64,000 nucleotides of DNA, taken from positions 2,464,001 to 2,528,000 of the forward strand of contig JASGHG010000001.1 of the NCBI GenBank assembly GCA_047602425.1, read 5' to 3'. Each line of letters opens with the position of its first letter. Within the stretch, counting starts at the first letter, position 1. Positions 20,315 to 29,658 of the stretch are shown here, one piece after another. A program made the position numbers and the translations under genes. Below the pieces are notes generated by a model. That model was not told the origin of the DNA, made no database searches, and was given only the letters and a program-made list of their open reading frames with translations. The DNA is from Nibricoccus sp. GTDB taxonomy: Bacteria > Verrucomicrobiota > Verrucomicrobiia > Opitutales > Opitutaceae.

Positions 20315-21163
20315 TCACGCGCTATCCTGGACGGCGAGCAACCTGCGTTTGGCGACGAAACTAAGGAAGGCAACTCCGGCGACGAAGCAGATCAGGTAGT
20401 TGGCCACGAAACGGTGGAGGAAATGATAGATGCCGGCGAGCGACAGACCGAAGCCTTCCTGAAAAAGGGTGATCACTCCGGCGACGAGGGTGGGCAGAAA
20501 CACCGCCATGCCCCAAAGCACGAACCGCTTCCTATCGTCCTGATAAGGCGTTTGTGGATTGGTTTTTGCACGATTCAAAAATCCTAGGTAAGCGACAGCC
20601 AAAGCCACCGTGCCTCCGATTGAGCTGATCATCCACATGACGCGGAAAATCTCCACATTGGTGGTGCCGATATTGAAGAGATGGAAATGGAGGGACGGCA
20701 GATGGTGCGACAGCCAGCGGCCTTTGTTGGTGAGCGAATCCCACCCGATGTGCAGCCAGATGCCGATGAAGAGCGAAAGGGCGGTTGCCAGCACGGTATG
20801 TTTTCGACCGCACAGCGGACGAAGGGCATCCCTGTGCGGGTTGGGCAAAGTTTCGATCAAGGAGCCGCGCAGGGCATTGAATAAACCGAGCACAAGCAAA
20901 CCCACGGGGATGCAAAAGAAGATGCTGCCGAGAAAGTCATGGGTCAGATCGTCCCATTCCCAGTCGGCTTTGATGCTCTCGAAGTTCGCGGCGAGATCGC
21001 CAAAAATGAATTTAACGGTATCGACATAGCTATTGAGGTCCGCGGCTGCGTAGCCGAAGTCCGGAGCGACGGAACCTGCAATCAGGGCGGAAAAACTCAG
21101 GTGTTTCGGACAAAAACGTCGCAAGGGAAGGACCGCGGCGGGATGGGCGATTGGCAATGGCAT
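20315..21163 (-). CDS. DUF4184-family membrane protein
   Basis: N-terminal MP...AHPAAVLPL and SALIAGS.APD, H..WD..T motif, several TM helices. Confidence 0.75.
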   Translation of the reverse strand: MPLPIAHPAAVLPLRRFCPKHLSFSALIAGSVAPDFGYAAADLNSYVDTVKFIFGDLAANFESIKADWEWDDLTHDFLGSIFFCIPVGLLVLGLFNALRGSLIETLPNPHRDALRPLCGRKHTVLATALSLFIGIWLHIGWDSLTNKGRWLSHHLPSLHFHLFNIGTTNVEIFRVMWMISSIGGTVALAVAYLGFLNRAKTNPQTPYQDDRKRFVLWGMAVFLPTLVAGVITLFQEGFGLSLAGIYHFLHRFVANYLICFVAGVAFLSFVAKRRLLAVQDSA

Positions 21164-21288
21164 CGGCTACGTTTACTGAGGGAGTGCTTTGTGGGACGGA
21201 TGTTGCAATTGTAAAACGCTGGGGTGGAGAAACAAGAGACGGTTAATAGCTGGAGCTTTTTTGAATTTTTGCTAGATGGTACAGGTGC

Positions 21289-22221
21289 ATGGGTCCAGCT
21301 GCGAAACCTCCAAGGTTTAGCATATTAATACCAACTTACAACCGACAGGAGTTGGTTTGTCTCACCGTCGAGTCCGTGCTGGCCCAGAGTTTTGGCGATT
21401 ATGAGTTGATCGTTATCGATGACGGTTCCACGGACCAGACGGTTAAGAGGCTCGAAGCGTACGGGCCCTGCGTCAAAATTCTCGTCCAGAAAAACAGCGG
21501 TCCGGAGATAGCGCGTCGCAACGGTGCCGCTCTTGCCACGGGCGATTACCTTGTGCTGCTGGATAACGACGATCTGCTCTATCCCTGGGCGTTGTCGACT
21601 TACGATCGCCTTATCCGGGCGCTGGGTTCGCCGCCGCTGCTCCTCGGGGCTGTTTACGAATTTACGGAAAATCGCCGGCATCCGGAAATCAATGTTCGCA
21701 GCGCCACGATTGAGTACCTGCGTTTCCGCGACTTCCTGTCGAAAGACGTTTCCGTAAATCACATTTGCAGTCAGATTGTGATCAAGCGTTCCGAGGCGGA
21801 GGCGATGAAGCCGCTGCGCACCGGTGCCTGGCCGTACGAACCATCGGATATCATGCTGCGACTGGCCACGTGTCAGCCGTTCGTTGTCATTCAGCAGCCG
21901 TATATGGTGGGATATCGTATGCATGCGACGAATACAATTTGGCGAAGAGATTTTCCGTATTCTGCATTTTTATCGTTGGCCCGTGCTGAGCGCCGCGGGG
22001 AATATCCAGGAGGGTCGGCGCGTCGATTTGATCGACGGGCTTACATTGGGGGAATGGCCTTGTTTTCGATGCGCTGGGCGATGAGACGCGACCAATATCG
22101 GCTCGCTCTCCACCTGCTGCTGCACGTGGGCACCATGATGCCGGCCGCTTTGCTCAAACGCTTCACCCGTTTGTGCCGGAAACGGACCGCTACCAGTCGC
22201 ATGCCGTTGAACGATAACTGA
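21289..22221 (+). CDS. Glycosyltransferase family 2
   Basis: SILIPTYNR, SVLAQ, VIDDGSTD, ARRNG, LDNDD (DxD). Confidence 0.9.
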   Translation: MGPAAKPPRFSILIPTYNRQELVCLTVESVLAQSFGDYELIVIDDGSTDQTVKRLEAYGPCVKILVQKNSGPEIARRNGAALATGDYLVLLDNDDLLYPWALSTYDRLIRALGSPPLLLGAVYEFTENRRHPEINVRSATIEYLRFRDFLSKDVSVNHICSQIVIKRSEAEAMKPLRTGAWPYEPSDIMLRLATCQPFVVIQQPYMVGYRMHATNTIWRRDFPYSAFLSLARAERRGEYPGGSARRFDRRAYIGGMALFSMRWAMRRDQYRLALHLLLHVGTMMPAALLKRFTRLCRKRTATSRMPLNDN

Positions 22222-22236
22222 AGCACGGGCGTGAAG

Positions 22237-25200
22237 CTACTGCTTGCCGGCGGGGGCGATTTCGCGGGCTTCAATCAAGTCGATTCGCTGGCGCAACTCT
22301 CGGGCGAGATGTTGAACAAACGGTGTCATGAGCATCGCGTGAGGATTCACCGGCAGGGCGATTACCTCCAATCCGCCGGTCACACAGTCTCCCCAGCCCA
22401 TTTTTGGATCTGGAAAAAAGTTGTAGTTTTTCCGCGGTTTAAAAACGGTGGCGGAGCCGCCGTAGATTTCCGGCTGGTAGGCGTCCGCTGCGGCATCGTT
22501 GATCTCCTGCACCGTGGCCTCGCCCGGCTGACGGGCGCGCTTGGAGAACAAGGATTTTGAAAGATTCTTCCAAAGGGCGCGCAATTCGCCATCGGTGGCG
22601 ATGCGGATTTTGTTGGCCAGATAGCCCGACAGATCTTTCCAGGAGAGGCTCGCGATGTTGCGTCCATGGAACGAAACCTTTTGCCAGAGGTAGGGCAGGG
22701 CCCTGGCTTTGTTCATCTGGGTAAAGTTATAGGTGTCGAAGAGCGCGAGCAGCGCCACCTCCTCGCCTTCCTGCCGCAGTCGTTGCGCCATCTCGTAGGC
22801 AATGGTGCCGCCCAGGCAGTAGCCGCCGAGGCAGTAAGGGCCGTGTGGCTGAAGGGCTCGGATTTCCTCCAGATAGTGTTCCGCCATCGCCTGGACGGTG
22901 GTCAATGGTTTGGTTTTCCGGTCCAAACCCTGGGATTGGAGGCCATAGAAGGGGTAGTCGGGTCCCAAGGCGCGCACCAGGTCGCGATAAAGCAGGATGT
23001 TTCCGCCCGCGCCGTGTACGCAAAAGAAGCGGGGTTTTGTGCCTGCCGGTTGTATTGGCACGAGCGAGTTCCAGCCTTTGGTAGTGTTGGATACGGTTTC
23101 GAGTTCGGCGGCGAGCGCGGCGACGGTGGGAGCCCGGAAGAGCGTGGCGAGAGGAATGCGTCGTTTGAATTCGCGCTCGATCTCGTTGAACAAGGACACG
23201 GCGAGAATGGAGTATCCGCCTAGGGCAAAAAAGTCGTCCGTGCGGCCGACGCGAGGAACTTTTAACAGCGTGCCCATCATGGCCGCCAATTTCTCCTCTG
23301 TTGGACTCCGTGGCGGTTCGTACGAAGCCTCGGGAATGGCGATTTTATCGGGTTCGGGTAGTGCCTTGCGATCGATTTTACCATTCGGTGTGAGCGGAAG
23401 CTCCGGCAGGAACACGAAGGTCGATGGAATCATGTATTCCGGCAGGTTGGTCCTCAGCGAAGTGCGCAGGGCTCCCATCTCAAGATTGACCGTGGCGGAA
23501 GATCCGTTGGAACCGTTTTGTGCCGCAGGCGGTTGTTTCGGTACGAGGTAGGCGACAAGGCGTTTTTCGCCCGGAGTATCCTCGCGCACAACGACCACGG
23601 CGCGGGCAACGCCGTCGATGGCGGCGAGCGCGGTCTCGATCTCGCCGATCTCGATGCGGAATCCGCGGATCTTTACCTGGAAGTCGGATCGGCCGAGAAA
23701 CTCGATGCGCCCATCGCTGCGGTAGCGGGCGAGATCGCCGGTGCGATAGAGCCTGGCGTCTGGTTGTTGAACGAAGGGATTGGGTATGAACTTCTCGCGT
23801 GTCAGTTCTGGACGGTTCAGATACCCGCGGGCGACGCCATCGCCGCCAATCAACAAGTCGCCGATGACGCCCGGCGGGGTCGGGCGGCCGCTGGAATCGA
23901 GGATGTAGACCTGGGTGTTGGCAATGGGCTTGCCGATGGTAATGAGTTCGTCGGGCTTTAGTCTTTCCAAGGTCGACCAGATTGTGGTCTCGGTCGGGCC
24001 ATACATGTTCCAGAGTTCGCCGCAGCGCTTGAGCAACTGGTCGGCGAGGCCGCGATCAATGGCCTCACCGCCGCAGAGGATTTTGAGGCGCGGGTTTCCG
24101 TCCCAACCGGCGTCGATCAGCATGCGCCAGGTTGCCGGGGTTGCCTGCATCAGGGTGGTGTTAGAGGTGGCAATGAGTTTGGCCAGGCGTAATCCATCAA
24201 TGGCATCCTCACGGGAGGCGATGACCACTTTTGCCCCTGTTGTCAGGGGCAGGAAAAGTTCCAGGCCGGCGATGTCGAACGACAAGGTCGTAATGGCGAG
24301 CAGCACGTCGTCGGGGCGCAAGCCGGGTTCCTGTCGCATGGAATGCAGGAAATTCACGACGGCCCGGTGGGAAATCTGCACTCCCTTGGGTCGGCCGGTG
24401 GAACCGGAGGTGAAAAGAACGTAGGCCAGATTTGACGATGTAGAGTGGTTGTGCCGAGTCTGCTCGCGCGCAGCTGGGGTGGAACGGGTCAGTTTATCGA
24501 CCTGCACGATCTCGGCCTGGTGGTCCGGCAGATCGACCACGAGTCGGGACTGGGTGAGCAGCACCGGAATTTTAGCGTCGCTGACCATGTAACTCAGGCG
24601 ATCTTTTGGGAACGCAGGGTCGAGCGGGATGTAGTAACCGCCCGCTTTCAGTGTTGCGAGCAGGGCGACCACCATGTCGATCGACCGTTCAACAAAAATG
24701 CCGACAGGGGTTTCGACACCGACGCCTTTTCCCCGAAGCTCGGCAGCTAACTGCTCTGCCCGATGGTTCAACTCGGCATAGGAAATGCGGGAGCCTTCGT
24801 GTTCGAGGGCGATGGAGTTTGGCGTTCGAGCCGCCTGAGCTTCAAACAAGCCGTGTACAGTTTGTTCGGTCGGATAAGCGAGGGCCGTGCGATTCCAATC
24901 GACGAGAATTTTCCGTTCTTCGTCTGGAGGCAGGAGGGTGAGTTTGGAAATTTCCTGATCGGGATTTCCCACCATGCTTTCCATCAAGCATTCGAAATGA
25001 GCCAGCATGCGCCCGGCGGTTTCCGCCGTGAAAAGATCGGTGGAGTACTCAAGCCAGAGCAGCAACTCGTCGCCTTTTTCACGCGCGAGAAGGGTCAGGT
25101 CATACTTTGAGGTGGCGGTACTGACTGGATCGGTTTTGGCCTCGAGTCCGGCCAGCTGAAGCGGATGGTGATCTTCCTGGAGGAACATCAATGCGACTTG

Positions 25201-28200
25201 GAAAAGTGGCGCATGGCTGAGATTTCTCTCGGGCTTCAAGGCACGCACCAGCATTTCGAACGGCAACTCGTCGATCGAAAGGGCATCGAGCGTGGATTGC
25301 CGGACTTGGGCGAGCAGTTGCATTACATTTAGCGGAGACGAGAAATCGGCCCGCAAGGGGATCATGTTGACGAAAAATCCGATCAGAGGCTCGAACTCGA
25401 CGCGGCTCCGATTCGTGACCGGCGAGCCGACGAGTATGTCCGACTGGCCGGAATAGCGGTGGAGGAACGCCTGCAATCCCGCGAGAAGGGTCATGAACGG
25501 CGTCGCGTTGTTGTTTTCGCCCAAGCGCCGGATCTTGTCGGTCAGTGCGGGGCCGAGCGTGCGCTCGCAGTAGGCCCCGCGATAGCTTTGTTGGGCCGGA
25601 CGAGGAAAATCTGTCGGAAGTTCGAGCAGCGGGGGTACGCCTTTGAGACGATCGATCCAATATTTCAGAGCCTGTTCAAGACGCCCTGTTTTCAGGAGCG
25701 AATGCTGCCAGTGGGCAAAGTCTGCGTATTGCCGTCCCAAGGGTGGCAGCACGGCCGGTCGACCGTCGAGAAAATCGGCGTACAAGGTGGACAGCTCGCG
25801 AAACAACACTTCGAAGGACCACCCGTCGGCCACGATATGGTGAACGGTCAGCGCCAAAAAATGGTCTTCCGGAGCGAGCTTCAAAAGATGGGCGTGAAAC
25901 AACGGACCACGGGACAGCCGCATGGGCCGGCGCGCAATTTCCTCCATTTTTAGCCAGGCCGCCCGTTCCATTGCCGATGGCGTACTGATCGGTATGTCGA
26001 CGACGGTCAGCTTGAAATCGACCGTCTCAAGGATCTGCTGCACGGGCGGACGATCATTCTCGGAGGGCGGAAAAATGGTGCGCAACGATTCGTGGCGGCG
26101 CACGATTTCGGCGAGGGCCTGTTCGAGACAGTCCGCGCGGAACGCGCCGCGGAGCCGGACGGCAAAGGCAATGTTATTGAGAGCGGAAGCTTCCTCGAGT
26201 TGGTCAAGAAACCAGAGACGCTCTTGTGAAAACGAAAGAAGCGGAGGCTCGGACGCAGGCCGCTTGGGAGACGGCTCTGGTTGTACCTTTACCAGCTCGC
26301 CGCCATGGGACGTTCCATTGTTGGCGGACGAACCGTTGAGTGCCTCGCTCGCGGGCGCGGGGACATGAGACGGCGAAATTTTCAGCGCGAGTTTTTCCAC
26401 CGTGGGCGCGGAGAAAACGGCGGAAAGAGGCAGTTCGCGGCCGAAATGCTGCCGGATGCGCGAAACGACTTTCAAGGCCAGCAGGGAATGTCCGCCCAGT
26501 TCGAAGAAGTTGTCGCACACGCCCACTTGCGGCGCCCGCAGGACTTCCTGCCAGATTGCGGCGACCTGTCTTTCGACCTCGTTGCGTGGGCGGACGTGCG
26601 ACGCCGCGGTATCGGAGGCGGGTTCAAAGGCGGGAAGTGCCTTGCGATCGATCTTGCCGTTGGCCGATAGCGGAAGGTTTTGGAGAAACACAAACGCCGC
26701 GGGCACCATATAGTCGGGCACTTGCTTGAGCAGGTGTTCGCGCAACGCGGGGATTTCCGGTTTGGCTGCCCCTGACACCAGATAGGCGACGAGGCGTTTG
26801 TCTCCGGCGGTTGCTTCGCGGGCGACGACGACAGCTTCCTTCACTGCGGGATGCTGAACGAGTACGGACTCGATTTCGCCCAATTCTATTCTCAGGCCGC
26901 GTATTTTTACCTGATGATCGATGCGGGCAAGGTACTCGATGCTGCCATCCGGCAGCCACCGCGCGAGGTCGCCGGTTTTATAAAGCCTGGCGTTTGGTTC
27001 GGTGTTGAACGGGTCGGGGATGAACTTCTCGGCCGTGAGATCGGGTCGGTTGTAGTAGCCGAGTCCGACTTGCACGCCGCCGAGATGCAATTCGCCGGGC
27101 AAGCCGACCGGCAGAGGATTCAGATGGGAATCGAGAACGTAAGTTTGCGTGTTGGCCACCGGCCGGCCGATCGGAACGATCTTGGACTGACTGTTGCGCT
27201 GGCAGGCCCAATAAGTGACGTCAACCGCGGCCTCGGTCGGGCCGTAAAGATTTTCCAGATTGGCCGGCAGACGGGCAAAAAACGCTTCCTGCAAATCGTG
27301 GGGCAATGCTTCGCCGCTGCAGATGACCTCTCGCAGGCAACGGCACCGTTCGACTCCCGGTTCCTCGAGGAACACCCGGAGCATGGACGGGACAAAGTGC
27401 ATGACCGTGATTTTTTCACGGCAAATGATATCGCACAGGTACGCGGGGTCTTGATGGCCGCCGGGAATGGCCACGACAAGCCGGGCTCCGGTGAGCAGCG
27501 GCCAGAAAAACTCCCATACCGACACATCGAAGCTAAAAGGAGTCTTTTGGAGAACCGAATCGTTCGGCGTGAGCTTGTACTCATCTTGCATCCAAAGGAG
27601 CCGGTTCACGATGCCGCGGTGGGAGTTTAACGCGCCTTTGGGCCGGCCGGTCGAGCCGGAGGTATAGATCATGTAGGCCGGATCGGCAGCCGTAGCGGTA
27701 TTTGGTGGTTCTGCAGGACTCTGTTCCGCGATTTGTCCCCATTCGGAATCGAGGCTGACGGTGGAGGCTTGATGAGACGGCAGGTTTTTCAGCAAATGCT
27801 GCTGTGTGAGCAGCACCTGCACCTGCGAATCTTCCAGCATGTAGGCGACACGATTTTGCGGATACGAGGGATCGATCGGAACGTACGCAGCGCCGGCTTT
27901 TAGGATTCCGAGCAAGCCCACCACCAGTTCCAGCGAGCGTTCTACGCAGATGCCGACCAAACTGCCAGGTCCCAAGCCGCGCCCCTGAAGAAAATGCGCC
28001 AGCTGGTTGGCCCTTGCGTTGAGTTCGCCATAGGTCAGATGGCGGCTTTCGAAGACCACGGCGGACGCATCCGGTGTGCGCTTGACCTGTGCCTCGATGA
28101 GTTGATGCAGGCAGACATCGCGGGGATAGGCGACGGCGGTGTTGTTCCAATCGATCAGAATCTTTTGACGCTCGTCGCTGGACAGAATCGGAATTTCCTG

Positions 28201-29613
28201 GAGCGTTTGATTTGGATCGGCAGCGACTTGGCGCAGCAGGTTCAAAAAGTGGCCGGCGAAGTTCTCGACCGTGGTGCGTTCGAGCAGATCCGAGCAATAT
28301 TCGAAGCGGCCGCGGTAGCCGCCTGCAATCTCATTGAGGTGAAGACTTAAATCGAATTGGGCGAAGCCGGGATCGAAATGAATTTCTTCCATGCCCAAAT
28401 TTCCGAGCTTCAATTCTGTCTTCGGCAGAATTTGGAGCATGGCTTGGAAGAGTGGGTTGCGGCTGGTGTCCCGCGCCAGATGCAATTGCTCGACGACTTG
28501 TTGGAAAGGGACCTCGCGATGCGAGAAAGCGTCCAGCGCGAGCTCCCGCGTGCGCTTTAGGTGCTGATTGAAGGTTTGCCCGGGAGTCGTCTCGCAGCGC
28601 AGGGCAAGGATATTGAGGAAATTACCAATGAGAGGCTGCACGTCGTCCGACGAACGGTTGGCGACCGGCGTCCCGATAACGACTTCGGACGCGTTCGAAT
28701 AGCGATGGAGAATCGCCGAGAACGCAGCCAGCACAACCATGAAGAAGGTACAATCCTGCGCGGTCGCCAGCGTTTGCAGTTGCGCGCACAAGGGGCCGGG
28801 AATTTCGAGAAAAACGTTGCCGCCCTTGAAGGATTGCACACTGGGGCGTGGCTTGTCCCACGGAAGCTCAAGCACTGGCAGGGGCCCCTTGAGCCGTTCC
28901 TTCCAAAACGAAAGCTGGGCCGCCCGGTTTGCCGTCGTGACTTCGCTTCTTTCCCAGGCCGCGAAATCGGCATACTGTACGGGAAGCGGCGGCAGCGTCG
29001 GTTTCAGCCCGCCGGAGAAGGCTTGGTAGGTTGCATCAAGTTCGTTAATGAGGAGCGAAAGCGAAAGTCCGTCGGCGAGGATGTGATGCAGGTTGACCAA
29101 CAACGCATATTCGGAGTCACCGAGTGTGAGTAGGGACACACGGAGCAAAGGCAATTTGGTCAGGTCGAACGGTTTTTTTGCCTCGGCTAAAAGGCGGTCG
29201 TGCAGCGCTTTTTCGCGAGCCTGTCCGGCGGGAATTTGTTGAAGGTCCTCGCGTTCAATTTTTAACTCCCACGCGGGCTGGACCTCCTGAACGGCATCTC
29301 CGTCTATCGCGGAAAATGTCGTGCGCAGTATTTCGTGCCGCTTAATAACTTCGCAGAAGGCCGCTTCCAGGGCCGCGACGTGGATTGTCCCGGTAACTTT
29401 GAACGCCATCGGCAAATGATACGCGGTCGTGCCGGGCGCCATCTGCTCGATCAACCACATCTGATGCTGCGCAAACGACAAGGGAGTCGGTCCAGCCTGG
29501 GGGCGCGCTTGAACGGTGCGCGCAGCGGCATTGGCGTTGACACCTGCTCCTTTGAGGCGGCGTTGCAGCAGCAAAAGTTTTTCGGGCGAAAGTTTTGGCG
29601 TAGCGTCGGACAT
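22237..29613 (-). CDS. Bimodular NRPS: C-A(Ser)-T-C-A(Gly)-T-TE
   Basis: C motifs HHILADG and HHIVADG. A1 code read by eye as DVWHISLVDK (Ser-type), A2 as DILQLGMIWK (Gly-type). T sites GGHSL and GGYSI. TE elbow GYCLG. N-terminal LSPEKLLLL docking-like helix. Confidence 0.93.
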   Translation of the reverse strand: MSDATPKLSPEKLLLLQRRLKGAGVNANAAARTVQARPQAGPTPLSFAQHQMWLIEQMAPGTTAYHLPMAFKVTGTIHVAALEAAFCEVIKRHEILRTTFSAIDGDAVQEVQPAWELKIEREDLQQIPAGQAREKALHDRLLAEAKKPFDLTKLPLLRVSLLTLGDSEYALLVNLHHILADGLSLSLLINELDATYQAFSGGLKPTLPPLPVQYADFAAWERSEVTTANRAAQLSFWKERLKGPLPVLELPWDKPRPSVQSFKGGNVFLEIPGPLCAQLQTLATAQDCTFFMVVLAAFSAILHRYSNASEVVIGTPVANRSSDDVQPLIGNFLNILALRCETTPGQTFNQHLKRTRELALDAFSHREVPFQQVVEQLHLARDTSRNPLFQAMLQILPKTELKLGNLGMEEIHFDPGFAQFDLSLHLNEIAGGYRGRFEYCSDLLERTTVENFAGHFLNLLRQVAADPNQTLQEIPILSSDERQKILIDWNNTAVAYPRDVCLHQLIEAQVKRTPDASAVVFESRHLTYGELNARANQLAHFLQGRGLGPGSLVGICVERSLELVVGLLGILKAGAAYVPIDPSYPQNRVAYMLEDSQVQVLLTQQHLLKNLPSHQASTVSLDSEWGQIAEQSPAEPPNTATAADPAYMIYTSGSTGRPKGALNSHRGIVNRLLWMQDEYKLTPNDSVLQKTPFSFDVSVWEFFWPLLTGARLVVAIPGGHQDPAYLCDIICREKITVMHFVPSMLRVFLEEPGVERCRCLREVICSGEALPHDLQEAFFARLPANLENLYGPTEAAVDVTYWACQRNSQSKIVPIGRPVANTQTYVLDSHLNPLPVGLPGELHLGGVQVGLGYYNRPDLTAEKFIPDPFNTEPNARLYKTGDLARWLPDGSIEYLARIDHQVKIRGLRIELGEIESVLVQHPAVKEAVVVAREATAGDKRLVAYLVSGAAKPEIPALREHLLKQVPDYMVPAAFVFLQNLPLSANGKIDRKALPAFEPASDTAASHVRPRNEVERQVAAIWQEVLRAPQVGVCDNFFELGGHSLLALKVVSRIRQHFGRELPLSAVFSAPTVEKLALKISPSHVPAPASEALNGSSANNGTSHGGELVKVQPEPSPKRPASEPPLLSFSQERLWFLDQLEEASALNNIAFAVRLRGAFRADCLEQALAEIVRRHESLRTIFPPSENDRPPVQQILETVDFKLTVVDIPISTPSAMERAAWLKMEEIARRPMRLSRGPLFHAHLLKLAPEDHFLALTVHHIVADGWSFEVLFRELSTLYADFLDGRPAVLPPLGRQYADFAHWQHSLLKTGRLEQALKYWIDRLKGVPPLLELPTDFPRPAQQSYRGAYCERTLGPALTDKIRRLGENNNATPFMTLLAGLQAFLHRYSGQSDILVGSPVTNRSRVEFEPLIGFFVNMIPLRADFSSPLNVMQLLAQVRQSTLDALSIDELPFEMLVRALKPERNLSHAPLFQVALMFLQEDHHPLQLAGLEAKTDPVSTATSKYDLTLLAREKGDELLLWLEYSTDLFTAETAGRMLAHFECLMESMVGNPDQEISKLTLLPPDEERKILVDWNRTALAYPTEQTVHGLFEAQAARTPNSIALEHEGSRISYAELNHRAEQLAAELRGKGVGVETPVGIFVERSIDMVVALLATLKAGGYYIPLDPAFPKDRLSYMVSDAKIPVLLTQSRLVVDLPDHQAEIVQVDKLTRSTPAAREQTRHNHSTSSNLAYVLFTSGSTGRPKGVQISHRAVVNFLHSMRQEPGLRPDDVLLAITTLSFDIAGLELFLPLTTGAKVVIASREDAIDGLRLAKLIATSNTTLMQATPATWRMLIDAGWDGNPRLKILCGGEAIDRGLADQLLKRCGELWNMYGPTETTIWSTLERLKPDELITIGKPIANTQVYILDSSGRPTPPGVIGDLLIGGDGVARGYLNRPELTREKFIPNPFVQQPDARLYRTGDLARYRSDGRIEFLGRSDFQVKIRGFRIEIGEIETALAAIDGVARAVVVVREDTPGEKRLVAYLVPKQPPAAQNGSNGSSATVNLEMGALRTSLRTNLPEYMIPSTFVFLPELPLTPNGKIDRKALPEPDKIAIPEASYEPPRSPTEEKLAAMMGTLLKVPRVGRTDDFFALGGYSILAVSLFNEIEREFKRRIPLATLFRAPTVAALAAELETVSNTTKGWNSLVPIQPAGTKPRFFCVHGAGGNILLYRDLVRALGPDYPFYGLQSQGLDRKTKPLTTVQAMAEHYLEEIRALQPHGPYCLGGYCLGGTIAYEMAQRLRQEGEEVALLALFDTYNFTQMNKARALPYLWQKVSFHGRNIASLSWKDLSGYLANKIRIATDGELRALWKNLSKSLFSKRARQPGEATVQEINDAAADAYQPEIYGGSATVFKPRKNYNFFPDPKMGWGDCVTGGLEVIALPVNPHAMLMTPFVQHLARELRQRIDLIEAREIAPAGKQ

Positions 29614-29658
29614 CAACAGTCGAGAGTCATTTCGTGGTGAGCTTGGATCGTTTGGGCG

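Noticed and set aside
22807..22836. Near-tandem 15-bp repeat encoding YCLGG-YCLGG in the TE
   Set aside because: It fits the normal PYxLxGxSxGG spacing with no extra residues, so it is not evidence of a duplication.
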